64,000 bases of DNA. It comes from Phycisphaerales bacterium. Its GTDB lineage: Bacteria; Planctomycetota; Phycisphaerae; WQYP01. Within the stretch, counting starts at the first letter, position 1. Every line of letters starts with the position of its first letter. The notes beneath the pieces were generated by a model. The model searched no databases and was not told the DNA's origin. It saw nothing but the letters and a program-made list of their open reading frames with translations. The translations under genes and the position numbers were made by a program. Shown here one piece after another: positions 18,507 to 28,051 of this stretch. The stretch covers positions 7,219-71,218 of the forward strand of contig WQYP01000003.1 in the NCBI GenBank assembly GCA_009781185.1. The letters are read 5' to 3'.

Positions 18507-20807
18507 TCACTTGGTTTTCGGTGCGTTTCGCCAGGCGAAGAGGACGAGGTTGCGGGCGAGGGCGGTGGCGGATTCCTGGGTGTAGCCGTCGATGCCCCAG
18601 ATGTTGGTGCCGAGGAGGCCGCTGGTGAGGTCTTCGGGCGAAAAGAAGATGGCGGCGCGGCGATTGATGTTCATGTATTGGATACGCGGGACGGTGATGA
18701 AACCGTGCTGGAGGGTCCAGGAACGGCGGAAGGCGACTTCGGAAATGTTCAAGGCGTCGGGTGAAAAGACGCCGGTGTAGAGGGTGTAAGTCGAGGGGAC
18801 GATTTTGAGCGGGGAATCGGGGAAGGCGGTTTTGAGGGCGGCGGCGGCAGAGGTGGCGAAGGGCTCCTTGCCGCCGAGGGCTTCGACGAAGAGCGTGCCG
18901 CCGGCGTTGACGTAGTCGCGGAGAGCTTGGGTTTCTTCGGGGGTAAGCGCGAATTTTTCGGTGCCGGCGAGATGGGCGAGCGCGGGCATCGGAGTGAGCT
19001 TGGGGAGGTCGAGGATGGGGAGGGATTTAAGGGTGAGATCGGTGTTGGCGCGGAGGGCCATGATGCGTGAGAGCCGCGGCCAGGCGCCGGGCTCGGGGTC
19101 CCAGTTGGCATTATTTTGGAGACGGACGACAGTGACCTGCCGACCGGGCGGCGTGAGAGGCGGAGCGACGGCGAGTGTTTGGAGGCGACTGCGAAGACCT
19201 TCTTTACCCGCGACATAAAACAGGAGATTCGCGGGAATGTCCCAGGCTTCGGTCCGTGAACGGTTCACGGATTGCCATGCGGCACCGAGGTCCTGCGGAC
19301 AGTGGATCCAGAGTTCGCGGATGCCGTTGCTGAGGCCGTAGAGTTTGGGAACGCTGGGGATGTTGCCTCGGATGGTGAAGATGGGGTGATCGGGCGGCAG
19401 TTCCCGGAAGGTCGCGTTGTTGTTGGGGGAGAGGCGGATTTGTGAAGCGTAAGTGGTCATGGCGGCGGTGAAGTCCTTGGAGTCGCCGTCGGCAACGGAA
19501 AAGATGACGCCGCCGTAGTTGATGAACTGGCGGAGTTTGTCGACATCGTCGGGAGTGAAGCCGGGGTCCTTGGAGCCGGTGATGAGGAGGACGGGCGCTT
19601 CGAGCCAATCTTCGGGGAAGGAGGTGATGGGGACGGATTGCCAGTTGAGGTGGCGTTCGTATTCACGGGCGAGATAGGAGTGTAGGTTGGCGGCGTCTCT
19701 GGGGCGCGCGTTCCATGGGCCGTCGTATTGGAGCTTGTTCATGACGACCGGAGCGCGTCCGCGGCTGAGGATGAGGATGGCGTAAGCGGTGGAACGCGGG
19801 TCGTTGGAGCCGGTGAATTGAGAGCGGAAGGAGCCGTCTTTGCTGTTCTGGCGTTTGAGGATGTTGACGGCGATGTGGCGGTACCAGTCGTATTGCCCGA
19901 AAAACTTGGATCCGCTGGCGAGGCCTGCGCGTTCGACGCCGTAGAGGTAGTAGAAGTCTGCGGAGTCCGGATCGAAGTTAGCCAGGAGAGCGGAGAGTCC
20001 GTCATTGATCGCGTCGCTGCGGCGAGGTTCCAAGGCGGTGGAACGATTGAGAAATTCATCGCAGACGTAGAGGCTGGCGATGCCGGCGGCGGTCATGCTC
20101 TTGGTGGGAGACTCGCTGGACCTGTAGCCCCAGCCCCTGGCGCCCTGGGCAGATTTCCAGAATTCGCTGGTTTCTTTCCAGTAGTTGGGAGCGAACATGG
20201 AGATATTGACACCGGAATCGGCAGCCGCCCAGACGGCAAGGAGAGCGTACTGGCTGTTGGAGCCGTCGCAGACGTTGCCATCGGAGCCGTCGAGGTGGTA
20301 GGTGTAACCGCCGGTCTTGGTGCGTCCCTTGGCGAGCTTGGAGGCGCAGCGTGTGAGAGCGGCTTTGACTTCGACGGTGGCTGGGAGCTGGGAAAGAGCA
20401 AGAGCCTGAAGGGAAGTGTGGTAGGTCTGGTTGGAATCGTATTGTTGGAGGATTTCGACGAACGTTTTGAGAGGCTCGTCGCGAATACTCAGACGCCGGT
20501 CCTTGAGATTGGAGCCTACGTAAAGGAGTGAATAGGTTTCCAGGAGGGCTTCGCCGTTGTCTGTGATGCAGTCAAACTTGGAGCGCTGGGGGTGCGATTG
20601 GTAGTCGAGGAGTTTCTGGTTGAGGTCTTTGAGGAGGTAGTCGATGCCGCCGGAGATGGCGGAGACGACTTGCTCGTCGGTGAGGGTTCGAGGCGTGAGA
20701 TTGGCAGGGAGAGAAGGAGCGGTTTGGGCGCGGGAGGTGGGTGCAAGGAGGGCGAGGAGAGTGAGCAGGAGCATGCCCAGAAAGACTCGGGAGTGAGGGG
20801 GGGACAT
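18507..20807 (-). CDS. Secreted large protein with N-terminal prenyltransferase-like repeats and DUF4159/ThuA-like domains.
   Basis: Signal peptide MSPPHSRVFLGMLLLTLLALLAPTSRAQ (the ORF is open to 20840; the second Met is preferred). GATase1-like/DUF4159 segments (PVLLITGSKDPGF…, GGTLFVEALGG…). Confidence 0.5.
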   Translation of the reverse strand: MSPPHSRVFLGMLLLTLLALLAPTSRAQTAPSLPANLTPRTLTDEQVVSAISGGIDYLLKDLNQKLLDYQSHPQRSKFDCITDNGEALLETYSLLYVGSNLKDRRLSIRDEPLKTFVEILQQYDSNQTYHTSLQALALSQLPATVEVKAALTRCASKLAKGRTKTGGYTYHLDGSDGNVCDGSNSQYALLAVWAAADSGVNISMFAPNYWKETSEFWKSAQGARGWGYRSSESPTKSMTAAGIASLYVCDEFLNRSTALEPRRSDAINDGLSALLANFDPDSADFYYLYGVERAGLASGSKFFGQYDWYRHIAVNILKRQNSKDGSFRSQFTGSNDPRSTAYAILILSRGRAPVVMNKLQYDGPWNARPRDAANLHSYLAREYERHLNWQSVPITSFPEDWLEAPVLLITGSKDPGFTPDDVDKLRQFINYGGVIFSVADGDSKDFTAAMTTYASQIRLSPNNNATFRELPPDHPIFTIRGNIPSVPKLYGLSNGIRELWIHCPQDLGAAWQSVNRSRTEAWDIPANLLFYVAGKEGLRSRLQTLAVAPPLTPPGRQVTVVRLQNNANWDPEPGAWPRLSRIMALRANTDLTLKSLPILDLPKLTPMPALAHLAGTEKFALTPEETQALRDYVNAGGTLFVEALGGKEPFATSAAAALKTAFPDSPLKIVPSTYTLYTGVFSPDALNISEVAFRRSWTLQHGFITVPRIQYMNINRRAAIFFSPEDLTSGLLGTNIWGIDGYTQESATALARNLVLFAWRNAPKTK

Positions 20808-21084
20808 GGATGGGGTCCTTTCGCTGATGTAGTGTAGCATGCGCCCCCGCCACCCCGCAAAGCGGGGTCGCTACCTGCATGTCGTGCGGGTGCATCCGCC
20901 AATAGTGGCAATTCCGAAAAAATGTCCGTAGCGACCCCGCTTTGCGGGGTAGCGGTGGGGGAAAATATTGGATACGCCCGGAATTGCCACTCATTCAGGA
21001 TGCACCCATGTCGTGCTAAACCCACGCGGCCTAGACCCACTCCCTCGAAAGCTCTAAGATATCCGTCTGAAAGGATTCTTAGCC

Positions 21085-22683
21085 GTGTGTTCCCCCTCCT
21101 CTTCCCCCCCTTCTGGCCATTCCTCTTCCGCGCCTCCGGCCGTCTCGCGCATCCACCCTCAGGTGACCGAGCCTGAAGAATCACCGATTCTGGCTTATGC
21201 GACCCTCGAGCGTCCCCGCACCCGCGCTGACCTGCCTGTCAATTACCGTACCATTCTCGCGATCGCCTTGCCGACGCTGATCGAGCAATTGGTCACCTTC
21301 GGCGTTCGGGCGACCGACGTTGTCGTCGCCGGTCGCACGGGTAACGACGGCCCCGCCCGCGCCGCTTCCGCCGCCGCCGTGGGGACCATGACTTACCTCC
21401 AATGGTTCGCCGCCCTGGTCACCGCCGCCATCGGGGTGGGCGCCACCGCCATCGTCGCTCGCTCCATTGGCGCCAGGCGACCACGTCTTGCCAATCGCGT
21501 CGCCGGCACCGCATGCTCCGCATCCTTCCTCATCAGCGCCTGCGTCGCTCTGTTTTTCTTCCTCTTCCCTGGCGCCGTCGTCCATCTCATGGGCCTCCAT
21601 GGGCAGGTCGAAATCCTCGCCCGCCAATACCTCCAAATCATGGTCTTCACCGTCTGCTTCCAATCCCTCTCCCTCATCGGCAACGCATGCCTTCGCGGCG
21701 CCGGCGACACCCTCCGGCCCATGATCACCACCATCACCTCCACCGTCATCACCGTCACCGTCGTGCCCGCCCTCTCCTTCGGCTGGTTCGGACTCCCCTC
21801 CATGGGCATCCGAGGCAACGCCTTCGGCACGCTCGCCGCCTTCGCCACCGCCGCCGGCATGACGCTCATTTTCCTGCTCTCCGGTTCCGCCGGGCTCAAG
21901 CTCCAACGTCGCCATTTCAAGATTGTTCCCCACATGCTCGGGCGTGTTTTGAAGATCGGCCTCCCCTCCGGCCTGGAAAACCTTCTCATGTGGGGCGGTC
22001 AGGTTTTTATTGTCGTGATGGCTACCACACGCACCGATCGCGCCCTGACTCTCGCTGGCATGACCCATGCCGCCCAGCAAACGACGATGCCGGAGCAGGC
22101 GGGGACGGTGGAAGAATGGGTCGTCAGCGGCGTGACCATGGCGGCCCACCAGGCGACCGTCACGATTGAATCGCTGGCCTTCCTCCCCGGCTTTGGTTTG
22201 GGCATCGCCTGCTCCGCCCTCGTGGGACAATACCTGGGCGCCCGGAAGCCCAACGAAGCCGCCCATGCCGTGACGCTTTGCCAAAGACTCGCCGTCGCCA
22301 CGATGACCTTCGCCGCCCTCGTGATGGTCTTCTTCCCCGGACAGATGCTCCACCTCGTCGTCAAATCCCAGGAAGTCATCAACATCGGCGTGGTCCCCCT
22401 CATCCTCGCGGGACTCGCTCAACCCGCCTTCGCCATCCAAATCATCAAGTCCTCCTCACTTCGCGGAGCTGGCGATACCATCTCCCCCATGATCACCACC
22501 ATCACCGGCATCCTCCTGCGCGTCCTGCTGGTGGCCGCCCTTCTGATCCTCTTCGCTCATTACGGCTACGCCCAGTACGGCCTGACCGCCGTCTGGATCG
22601 CCATCTTCATCGACCTCCACTACCGCGGTTTCCTCAACAACATCTTCTATCACCGCGGTAAATGGAAAAATCAAAAAGTCTAA
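21085..22683 (+). CDS. MATE family efflux transporter.
   Basis: 12 predicted TM segments in two MatE-like halves (…LIEQLVTFGVRATDVVVAG… and …LAFLPGFGLGIACSALVGQYLGARKP…). Confidence 0.7.
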   Translation: MCSPSSSPPSGHSSSAPPAVSRIHPQVTEPEESPILAYATLERPRTRADLPVNYRTILAIALPTLIEQLVTFGVRATDVVVAGRTGNDGPARAASAAAVGTMTYLQWFAALVTAAIGVGATAIVARSIGARRPRLANRVAGTACSASFLISACVALFFFLFPGAVVHLMGLHGQVEILARQYLQIMVFTVCFQSLSLIGNACLRGAGDTLRPMITTITSTVITVTVVPALSFGWFGLPSMGIRGNAFGTLAAFATAAGMTLIFLLSGSAGLKLQRRHFKIVPHMLGRVLKIGLPSGLENLLMWGGQVFIVVMATTRTDRALTLAGMTHAAQQTTMPEQAGTVEEWVVSGVTMAAHQATVTIESLAFLPGFGLGIACSALVGQYLGARKPNEAAHAVTLCQRLAVATMTFAALVMVFFPGQMLHLVVKSQEVINIGVVPLILAGLAQPAFAIQIIKSSSLRGAGDTISPMITTITGILLRVLLVAALLILFAHYGYAQYGLTAVWIAIFIDLHYRGFLNNIFYHRGKWKNQKV

Positions 22684-22723
22684 GAAATCTGGTGCATCTG
22701 GTACGTCTACGCCGACCGTGCGA

Positions 22724-23077
22724 TCAAGGCGCAATTGGCGGATCCGGGAGCGTTTTTTGTTCGAGGGCCGCCAGGCGAAGTTCCAAGTCGTCCAGCTTTT
22801 TGAGTGTGCTATGCGCCACAGATGCGACGGCCATTCCGGTATGCAAGAAACCTGCGATCGTGAGGAACGCTCCGCATCCGAGGCTTAAAAGGGTCACAAT
22901 CGTGTCGTCGTTCACTTCTTTCAATCGGAATACGACGATAGCGCCACAAACTGCTCCGCCGATCCAGAAGAAAAGCATGGGGACAAGAATCGTAGCGCTC
23001 CCCGTATTGCGCCAGATTCCTGCAAAGGTGATGAGGTCATCCCGATCCAGACGATTTTTCCAATACCAGCCGTTCAT
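22724..23077 (-). CDS. Small membrane protein (117 aa), hypothetical; 15 nt downstream of asnB.
   Basis: Two hydrophobic helices. Same strand as, and immediately after, asnB. No recognisable family. Confidence 0.35.
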   Translation of the reverse strand: MNGWYWKNRLDRDDLITFAGIWRNTGSATILVPMLFFWIGGAVCGAIVVFRLKEVNDDTIVTLLSLGCGAFLTIAGFLHTGMAVASVAHSTLKKLDDLELRLAALEQKTLPDPPIAP

Positions 23078-23092
23078 GATTTCCTCTCTGCT

Positions 23093-25117
23093 TTATTCAA
23101 GCGTTGGGGCGAAATGTTGCCAGAAAAGTTCAAGGGTGAGCAGGGCGAAGAGGCGGTGGGTGTGGTCGCGAAGAGCGGTGTGGTGTTCGTGGAGGAGGCG
23201 TTCGATGATTTGGGGTTGTAGATAGTTTCTCGTAAAGGATTGTTGCGAGAGGAGCAGATCGGTGAGCGGTGCGCGCAGGTCGCCCCCCCCCTGATTGTTA
23301 AACCATTGGCCGATGGGGACGCCGAAGCCTTTTTTGCGGCGGTGGAGGACGGCGGGTGGGAGATCGTTTGCGAAGAGTTGGCGGAGCGGGGCCTTTCCTT
23401 GGCCGTTGTGGATGAGAGCGGAATCGGGAAAGGAGTTGCCCAGTTCGACGATGCGGTGGTCGAGGAAGGGGGAGCGGACTTCGAGGGCGTCGCCGCTTGC
23501 TGAGCACATGGAGGCGGAGTCAACTTTCCAGAGAACGTCGCCGGGGAGATATTCGGATTGGTCGCGGAGCATGGCGAGGCGGAGCGGAGAAACATCATCC
23601 GGAAGACCGTACTCTTCGGGAAGCGGGAAGTAATCCAGCACCGGCTCGCCCATAAGTTCTTCGATAAATGGGCGTGGGAAAATGTCGACGAGGCGAGTGT
23701 ATTGTTCGGAGGGAATCTTGGATTTGGCGGCGGCGGCGAGGCGGCGGTAACGCTCTCTTTTGGAAAGAGAGCCCAAAGGGGAGGATTGGGGGAGAAATTT
23801 AACGAGGGGGCGGAAGCGGTTGAGGAGAATCATGGCGCGGTAGCGATCGTAGCCGGCGAAGAGTTCGTCGGCACCGTCGCCGGAGAGAGCGACGGGGGCC
23901 CTCCCCCCTACTTGGCGGGCGGCTCGGGAGAGGTGGTAGGTGGGGAGGATGGAGGAGTCGGCGAAGGGTTGGCCGAGGGATTTTTGCATGAGGAGACTGA
24001 GCGTGGCGAAAACGTCTTGCCTGGCGTGGACGGTGAGTTGGGTGTGGCGGGATTGGATTTTTTGTGCGACGGCCTGGGCGTATGGAGATTCGTCGAAGTC
24101 GGACTCTGTAAAGCCGACGGAGACGGTTTGGATGGGATCGCCGCCGGCTCTTTGGACGGCATCCTGGGCGAGCGTTGCGATGATGGAGGAATCGATGCCG
24201 CCGGAAAGGAAACAGGTGATGGGTGTATCGGCGATGAGTTGCGAGGAAACGGCAAGAGTGAGATTCTCGCGAAGATTTTCGATTTTCGATTTTCGATTTT
24301 CGATTTTTGATGTGGGTGTCCAGTAGCGGTCGCCGTCGAGAAGGTCATTTTGGAGGCGGAGCCAAGCGCCGGGGAGAAGTTGGTTCACGTCGCGGAAGAT
24401 GGTTTGCGGAGCGGGGAAGTAGCCAAGCAGAAGGTAGAGAGCGATTTGTTCTTTGGGGACGCGGCGGGGGACTTCGGGCCAGGCGAGGACGGAGGGGATG
24501 GTGGAGCCGAAGACAAGGCCGTCTTCGAGAATGGCGTAGAAGAGCGGTTTTTGGCCCATGCGATCGCGGGCGAGGAAAAGGGTGTGTTTCTGCCCTCCCC
24601 CTTGTGCCATCGGAGCCGCGACCGTAAGGGAGCGACCCCGCGGTAATGCGTCGGGAGAGCCGGTCGCTCCCTCACGGTCGCGGCTCTGATAGTCTGCGCT
24701 GCGTGTGTCCCAGATGGCGAAGGCGAACATGCCCAAGAGTTTGGTGGGGAGGTCGGTGCCCCACTGCTCCCAGCCGTGGACGAGGACTTCGGTGTCGGAA
24801 TGGTCGGATTTGAAGATATGTCCGTGGGATTGGAGTTCGCGGCGGAGTTGTGCGTGGTTGTAGATTTCGCCGTTGAAGACAACATGGACATTATTGGCTT
24901 CGTTAGCCATGGGTTGGTGGCCGCCGGAGCGGTCGATGATGGCGAGACGGGAATGGAGGAGTGCGGCGTGATTGTCGGCGAAGAGGCCGTGGCCGTCGGG
25001 ACCGCGATGAGCGATGGCTTGCGACATAGCCATGAGCGGTGCGAAACTGGAGGGGCGGGGGCCCCAGGGGGGCGGGCGGGAGGAGAGGTATTTGATGATG
25101 CCGGCGATGCCGCACAT
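23093..25117 (-). CDS. asnB: Asparagine synthase (glutamine-hydrolysing).
   Basis: N-terminal MCGIAGI Ntn-amidotransferase start; PP-loop FLSGGIDSS; 674 aa. Carries two in-frame foreign inserts: the palindromic element at 24608-24690 and the gattttc heptamer array at 24274-24309. Confidence 0.85.
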   Translation of the reverse strand: MCGIAGIIKYLSSRPPPWGPRPSSFAPLMAMSQAIAHRGPDGHGLFADNHAALLHSRLAIIDRSGGHQPMANEANNVHVVFNGEIYNHAQLRRELQSHGHIFKSDHSDTEVLVHGWEQWGTDLPTKLLGMFAFAIWDTRSADYQSRDREGATGSPDALPRGRSLTVAAPMAQGGGQKHTLFLARDRMGQKPLFYAILEDGLVFGSTIPSVLAWPEVPRRVPKEQIALYLLLGYFPAPQTIFRDVNQLLPGAWLRLQNDLLDGDRYWTPTSKIENRKSKIENLRENLTLAVSSQLIADTPITCFLSGGIDSSIIATLAQDAVQRAGGDPIQTVSVGFTESDFDESPYAQAVAQKIQSRHTQLTVHARQDVFATLSLLMQKSLGQPFADSSILPTYHLSRAARQVGGRAPVALSGDGADELFAGYDRYRAMILLNRFRPLVKFLPQSSPLGSLSKRERYRRLAAAAKSKIPSEQYTRLVDIFPRPFIEELMGEPVLDYFPLPEEYGLPDDVSPLRLAMLRDQSEYLPGDVLWKVDSASMCSASGDALEVRSPFLDHRIVELGNSFPDSALIHNGQGKAPLRQLFANDLPPAVLHRRKKGFGVPIGQWFNNQGGGDLRAPLTDLLLSQQSFTRNYLQPQIIERLLHEHHTALRDHTHRLFALLTLELFWQHFAPTLE
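24608..24690. repeat. Palindromic element (family 'cagagccgcgaccgtNagggagcgac') inserted in-frame in asnB.
   Basis: ggagccgcgaccgtaagggagcgacc…ggtcgctccctcacggtcgcggctct. Translated on the minus strand as …QSRDREGATG…GRSLTVAA…. Confidence 0.8.
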
Positions 25118-25128
25118 GAGAGACTTCT

Positions 25129-26295
25129 TTAGTGTTTATAAGCATTGAAGCGTTGGGGATCAACATGCCAGCCGAGGCCGGGCGTGGTGGGAATTTGGAG
25201 TTTGCCGTTTTTGATTTGGAAATCGAAAATGTCGGTGCGGAGGGGGTTGGGGTTGATGTCCCATTCGCAAAGAGGCGGTGCGTTGGCGGCGGAACAGCCG
25301 GAGGCGAGGTGGAGAGAGGCGGCCTGGCCCAGAGCGCTGCCGAGGTAGTGGGGGATGACTTTTTTGTTCCGGCCTTTGGCGAGCGGGATCAGATCGACGG
25401 CTGCGATCGGAGGGCAATTCTTCGTGATGTCGGGTTGCAGAATGTCGACGGGGAAGTCGGCGAGTTGGGCGAGGGTTTGGGGATCGCCACAGTTCACCCA
25501 GACGTTTTCGCCGGCGGAGAGCGGGACGCTACGGAGCCACCCCCCTTTTTGCAGAGCGGGATAGTGCGATTCTTCGTCGGCGCGGAGGGCCTCTTCGAGC
25601 CAGCGAACGTTGTGGTCCTTGAGGATCGGAAGCCACTCGGCGGCTTCGGCGGCGGTCCAGTGGCGATTGGTGTCAATCGCTATCTGAGCCCCCCCCCCCC
25701 TATCACCACCGAAATGCTTTTCGAGGGTTTTGATGTTGGCGAGGTCTTCGGCGCCGAAGCCGACCTTGAGCTTGAAGATGCGAACGCCACGTTCGAGCAT
25801 CGCGTCGATCTCTTTCATCGGCAGCGGCGAGTTGATGCCGGAGGCGTAGATTTCGACCTCTTTCGCTGGGTTTGCGGGGGGGGAGAACCAGAGCTGATTC
25901 ATGGGGACGTTTTTGGTTTTCGCTTCGAGGTCCCACAGGGCGAGTTCGACGGCACAGAGTTCCGCGATGAGCGAACCGACATTGTTGGCCTGAATGGCAG
26001 GACCGACGAAGGCATTGAACATTTGCATCATGAACTGGCGGACCCCTCCCCTCTCCTCCACCACCTCGCGCCCTTGCAGGTAGGGAAAGTAAGCCTGCTG
26101 AAAAGCGGCGAGGCGTTCGAAAGGAGACCAGACAGGGAAATTGATCCACGATTCTCCCCAGCCCCACCGGTCACCGTCATCTCGAAGCCCGATGAAAATA
26201 GCATGACGCTGCCCCATGACGCCCCAGGAAGTCTTAATGACGCGATCGGAGGCGGCACGAAGATGGTGAATGGCGGTGTTGGTGATGGTGAACAT
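25129..26295 (-). CDS. Enolase-superfamily enzyme (mandelate racemase/muconate lactonizing enzyme family; dipeptide-epimerase/OSBS-like).
   Basis: KLKVG, …IAIDTNRHWT…, WLEEAL and SAGENV motifs consistent with MR/MLE metal ligands. The ORF extends to 26367, but the start at MFTITN avoids overlap with rnd. Confidence 0.55.
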   Translation of the reverse strand: MFTITNTAIHHLRAASDRVIKTSWGVMGQRHAIFIGLRDDGDRWGWGESWINFPVWSPFERLAAFQQAYFPYLQGREVVEERGGVRQFMMQMFNAFVGPAIQANNVGSLIAELCAVELALWDLEAKTKNVPMNQLWFSPPANPAKEVEIYASGINSPLPMKEIDAMLERGVRIFKLKVGFGAEDLANIKTLEKHFGGDRGGGAQIAIDTNRHWTAAEAAEWLPILKDHNVRWLEEALRADEESHYPALQKGGWLRSVPLSAGENVWVNCGDPQTLAQLADFPVDILQPDITKNCPPIAAVDLIPLAKGRNKKVIPHYLGSALGQAASLHLASGCSAANAPPLCEWDINPNPLRTDIFDFQIKNGKLQIPTTPGLGWHVDPQRFNAYKH

Positions 26296-26329
26296 GAGCC
26301 CCTGCGAAAAAATCAAAAATCGAAGATTC

Positions 26330-27559
26330 TTATGATTGAGTGAAATCTGCGTGGAGTGCGTTTTCATTCATAGCAAGATGGATGTGGAGGTTTTGGTGGA
26401 TGAAGTGGAGGAGTTTTTTGCCGAGGCATTCGTGGCGCCACCCGGTCATGAGAGGGTGTTTATCAGGGCTCTTTTTCTTGTGGAGGAGGCGGGCGAGGGA
26501 GAGGATTTCGTTCTGGCAGGTGACGAGGGCCGGGGTCACGCTCTGGCCAAGACAGATCACCTGTGCGGCGACCCAAAGCGTTTCGGCAAGACGTTTGACC
26601 TCGGCGGAGTCTTCGGGAGGAATGTGGATTGAGGGGCGCTGGTCTTTCGGAACGGCACGGCCGCGAGCGATGGCCTCGACGAATTCGCTGCCGTGGGCTT
26701 CGATGATCTGCCTGGGCACATCGCGAATGGCGGCAAGAGCGGATTCCTTCTCAGGCATGCGAACGGCCATGTCGAGAAGAGGATCGTCCTTGAGAATGTT
26801 CTTCGACGGAAGATCTCGATCGCACGCGAGCTGTTCACGAAGAGCGGCAAGCTCGCGGAGCACGGAAAGCTGCACCGGACTCAGTGAACCAGCACCACGG
26901 ACTTTGACGAACATCTTGCGAGCGTCGACAGGATTGGCCGCTTCCGTGCACAGATCGCGGCAGGCGGCGGTCATCCAGTCGAGATGCCCGAGAGCATCGA
27001 TACGCCTGAACATTTCACTGTGGATAGCGGGCAGGTAGCGGACGTCGTCGATGGCGTAAGCGAACTGTGCCTGGCTCAAGGGGCGGCGATTCCAGGCAGA
27101 GTAAGTGTGTGCCTTGGCCAAGGTGACGCCTGAGAAATGTTCGACGACTCGCCAGAGGGCGGTGGGGTAGGCGATGCCGAGCATGCCGGCGCCGATCTGG
27201 GTGTCGAAAATATTCTGCGGAACGTGGTGGCCACCTTGCAGCCAGGTGATCTCGAGATCCTGGTCGCCAGCGTGGCAGATTTTCTCGATGGAAGCATCGG
27301 CTAAAATATCCCAGAGCGGTTGTACCCCCCCTACCGACTTGGCCAAAGCGAGAGGGTCGATCAACTCAACGCGCTCGGCGGTGGCGACCTGCACGAGGCA
27401 GAGGATGGGGTGATAGGTATTTTCGCCGATGAACTCGGTGTCGAAGGCGAAACATCTGGCAGCGCGGAGATGATCACAGACGGCAGCAAGGGCCTCAGGA
27501 GTGCTGACCAGATCATGAGGAACGGCAGGAAGATGTCCCGTTTTCGACATGCCCGCCAT
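26330..27559 (-). CDS. rnd: Ribonuclease D (DEDDy 3'-5' exonuclease + HRDC).
   Basis: …FAFDTEFIGENTYHPILCLVQVA… exonuclease motif I; …HAGDQDLEI…; C-terminal HRDC-like region. Start at MAGMSK (the ORF is open to 27742). Confidence 0.7.
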   Translation of the reverse strand: MAGMSKTGHLPAVPHDLVSTPEALAAVCDHLRAARCFAFDTEFIGENTYHPILCLVQVATAERVELIDPLALAKSVGGVQPLWDILADASIEKICHAGDQDLEITWLQGGHHVPQNIFDTQIGAGMLGIAYPTALWRVVEHFSGVTLAKAHTYSAWNRRPLSQAQFAYAIDDVRYLPAIHSEMFRRIDALGHLDWMTAACRDLCTEAANPVDARKMFVKVRGAGSLSPVQLSVLRELAALREQLACDRDLPSKNILKDDPLLDMAVRMPEKESALAAIRDVPRQIIEAHGSEFVEAIARGRAVPKDQRPSIHIPPEDSAEVKRLAETLWVAAQVICLGQSVTPALVTCQNEILSLARLLHKKKSPDKHPLMTGWRHECLGKKLLHFIHQNLHIHLAMNENALHADFTQS

Positions 27560-27890
27560 AGTACGGCGAAACGATCCAATTGACGAGTTGCCCACCCCTT
27601 TTTCCTCCCTCCGAAAAAAGCCCCGGGATTGCAATCCCGGGGCTTCGTTCAGAGTTGATCTTCTCGTTGGTTTGAACCGACGCGTCACGCAGCCTTCGCT
27701 TGTAATCAAAAAATCCCTGATACGACACCTTCTCCCGTTCACAGAATGCTTTGATGCTCAAACCGCTTGCCGCCTGCCTGCCAAAGAGTTCTTTCCAATG
27801 TGCACGTCGTTGGGATGGCGTCATTCGTGACGATTGTGCTATTGACGCTTGTGTCGCTGGCGAATCTTGCGCTAGGACCGATTGGGTCAT
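27513..27890 (-). pseudogene. IS-transposase N-terminal HTH fragment (IS3/IS66-type OrfA-like). Remnant: the 3' part is out of context and overlaps rnd.
   Basis: …TPSQRRAHWKELFGRQAASGLSIKAFCEREKVSYQGFFDYKRRL… resembles transposase OrfA HTH. There is no full transposase gene downstream. Confidence 0.35.
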
Positions 27891-28051
27891 GGAAACCTCC
27901 GTTCAAAACGGAAGCATCGTCACAAAATTCTCGCCGAACGAGAAGACGGGTTTCACCGGACGCTTACGAAATGTAACGCCAATATTGACGAATGCAAATG
28001 AAATTTCAGTAGATTCGCGCTTGGGACAGCTTTGTGCCACCATCAACTCTT

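Noticed and set aside
21181-22440. 419-aa minus-strand ORF (Gly/Asp/Glu/His-rich) opposite the MATE transporter gene
   Set aside because: Antisense artefact of a GC-rich membrane-protein gene. No domain-like sequence. The plus-strand ORF is a convincing MATE transporter.
24268-24310. Possible CRISPR array suggested by the repeated short units (gattttc, gaaattc and similar)
   Set aside because: The units are 7 nt and directly tandem with no spacers. There are no 25-40-nt repeats separated by unique spacers anywhere in the window, and no cas genes.
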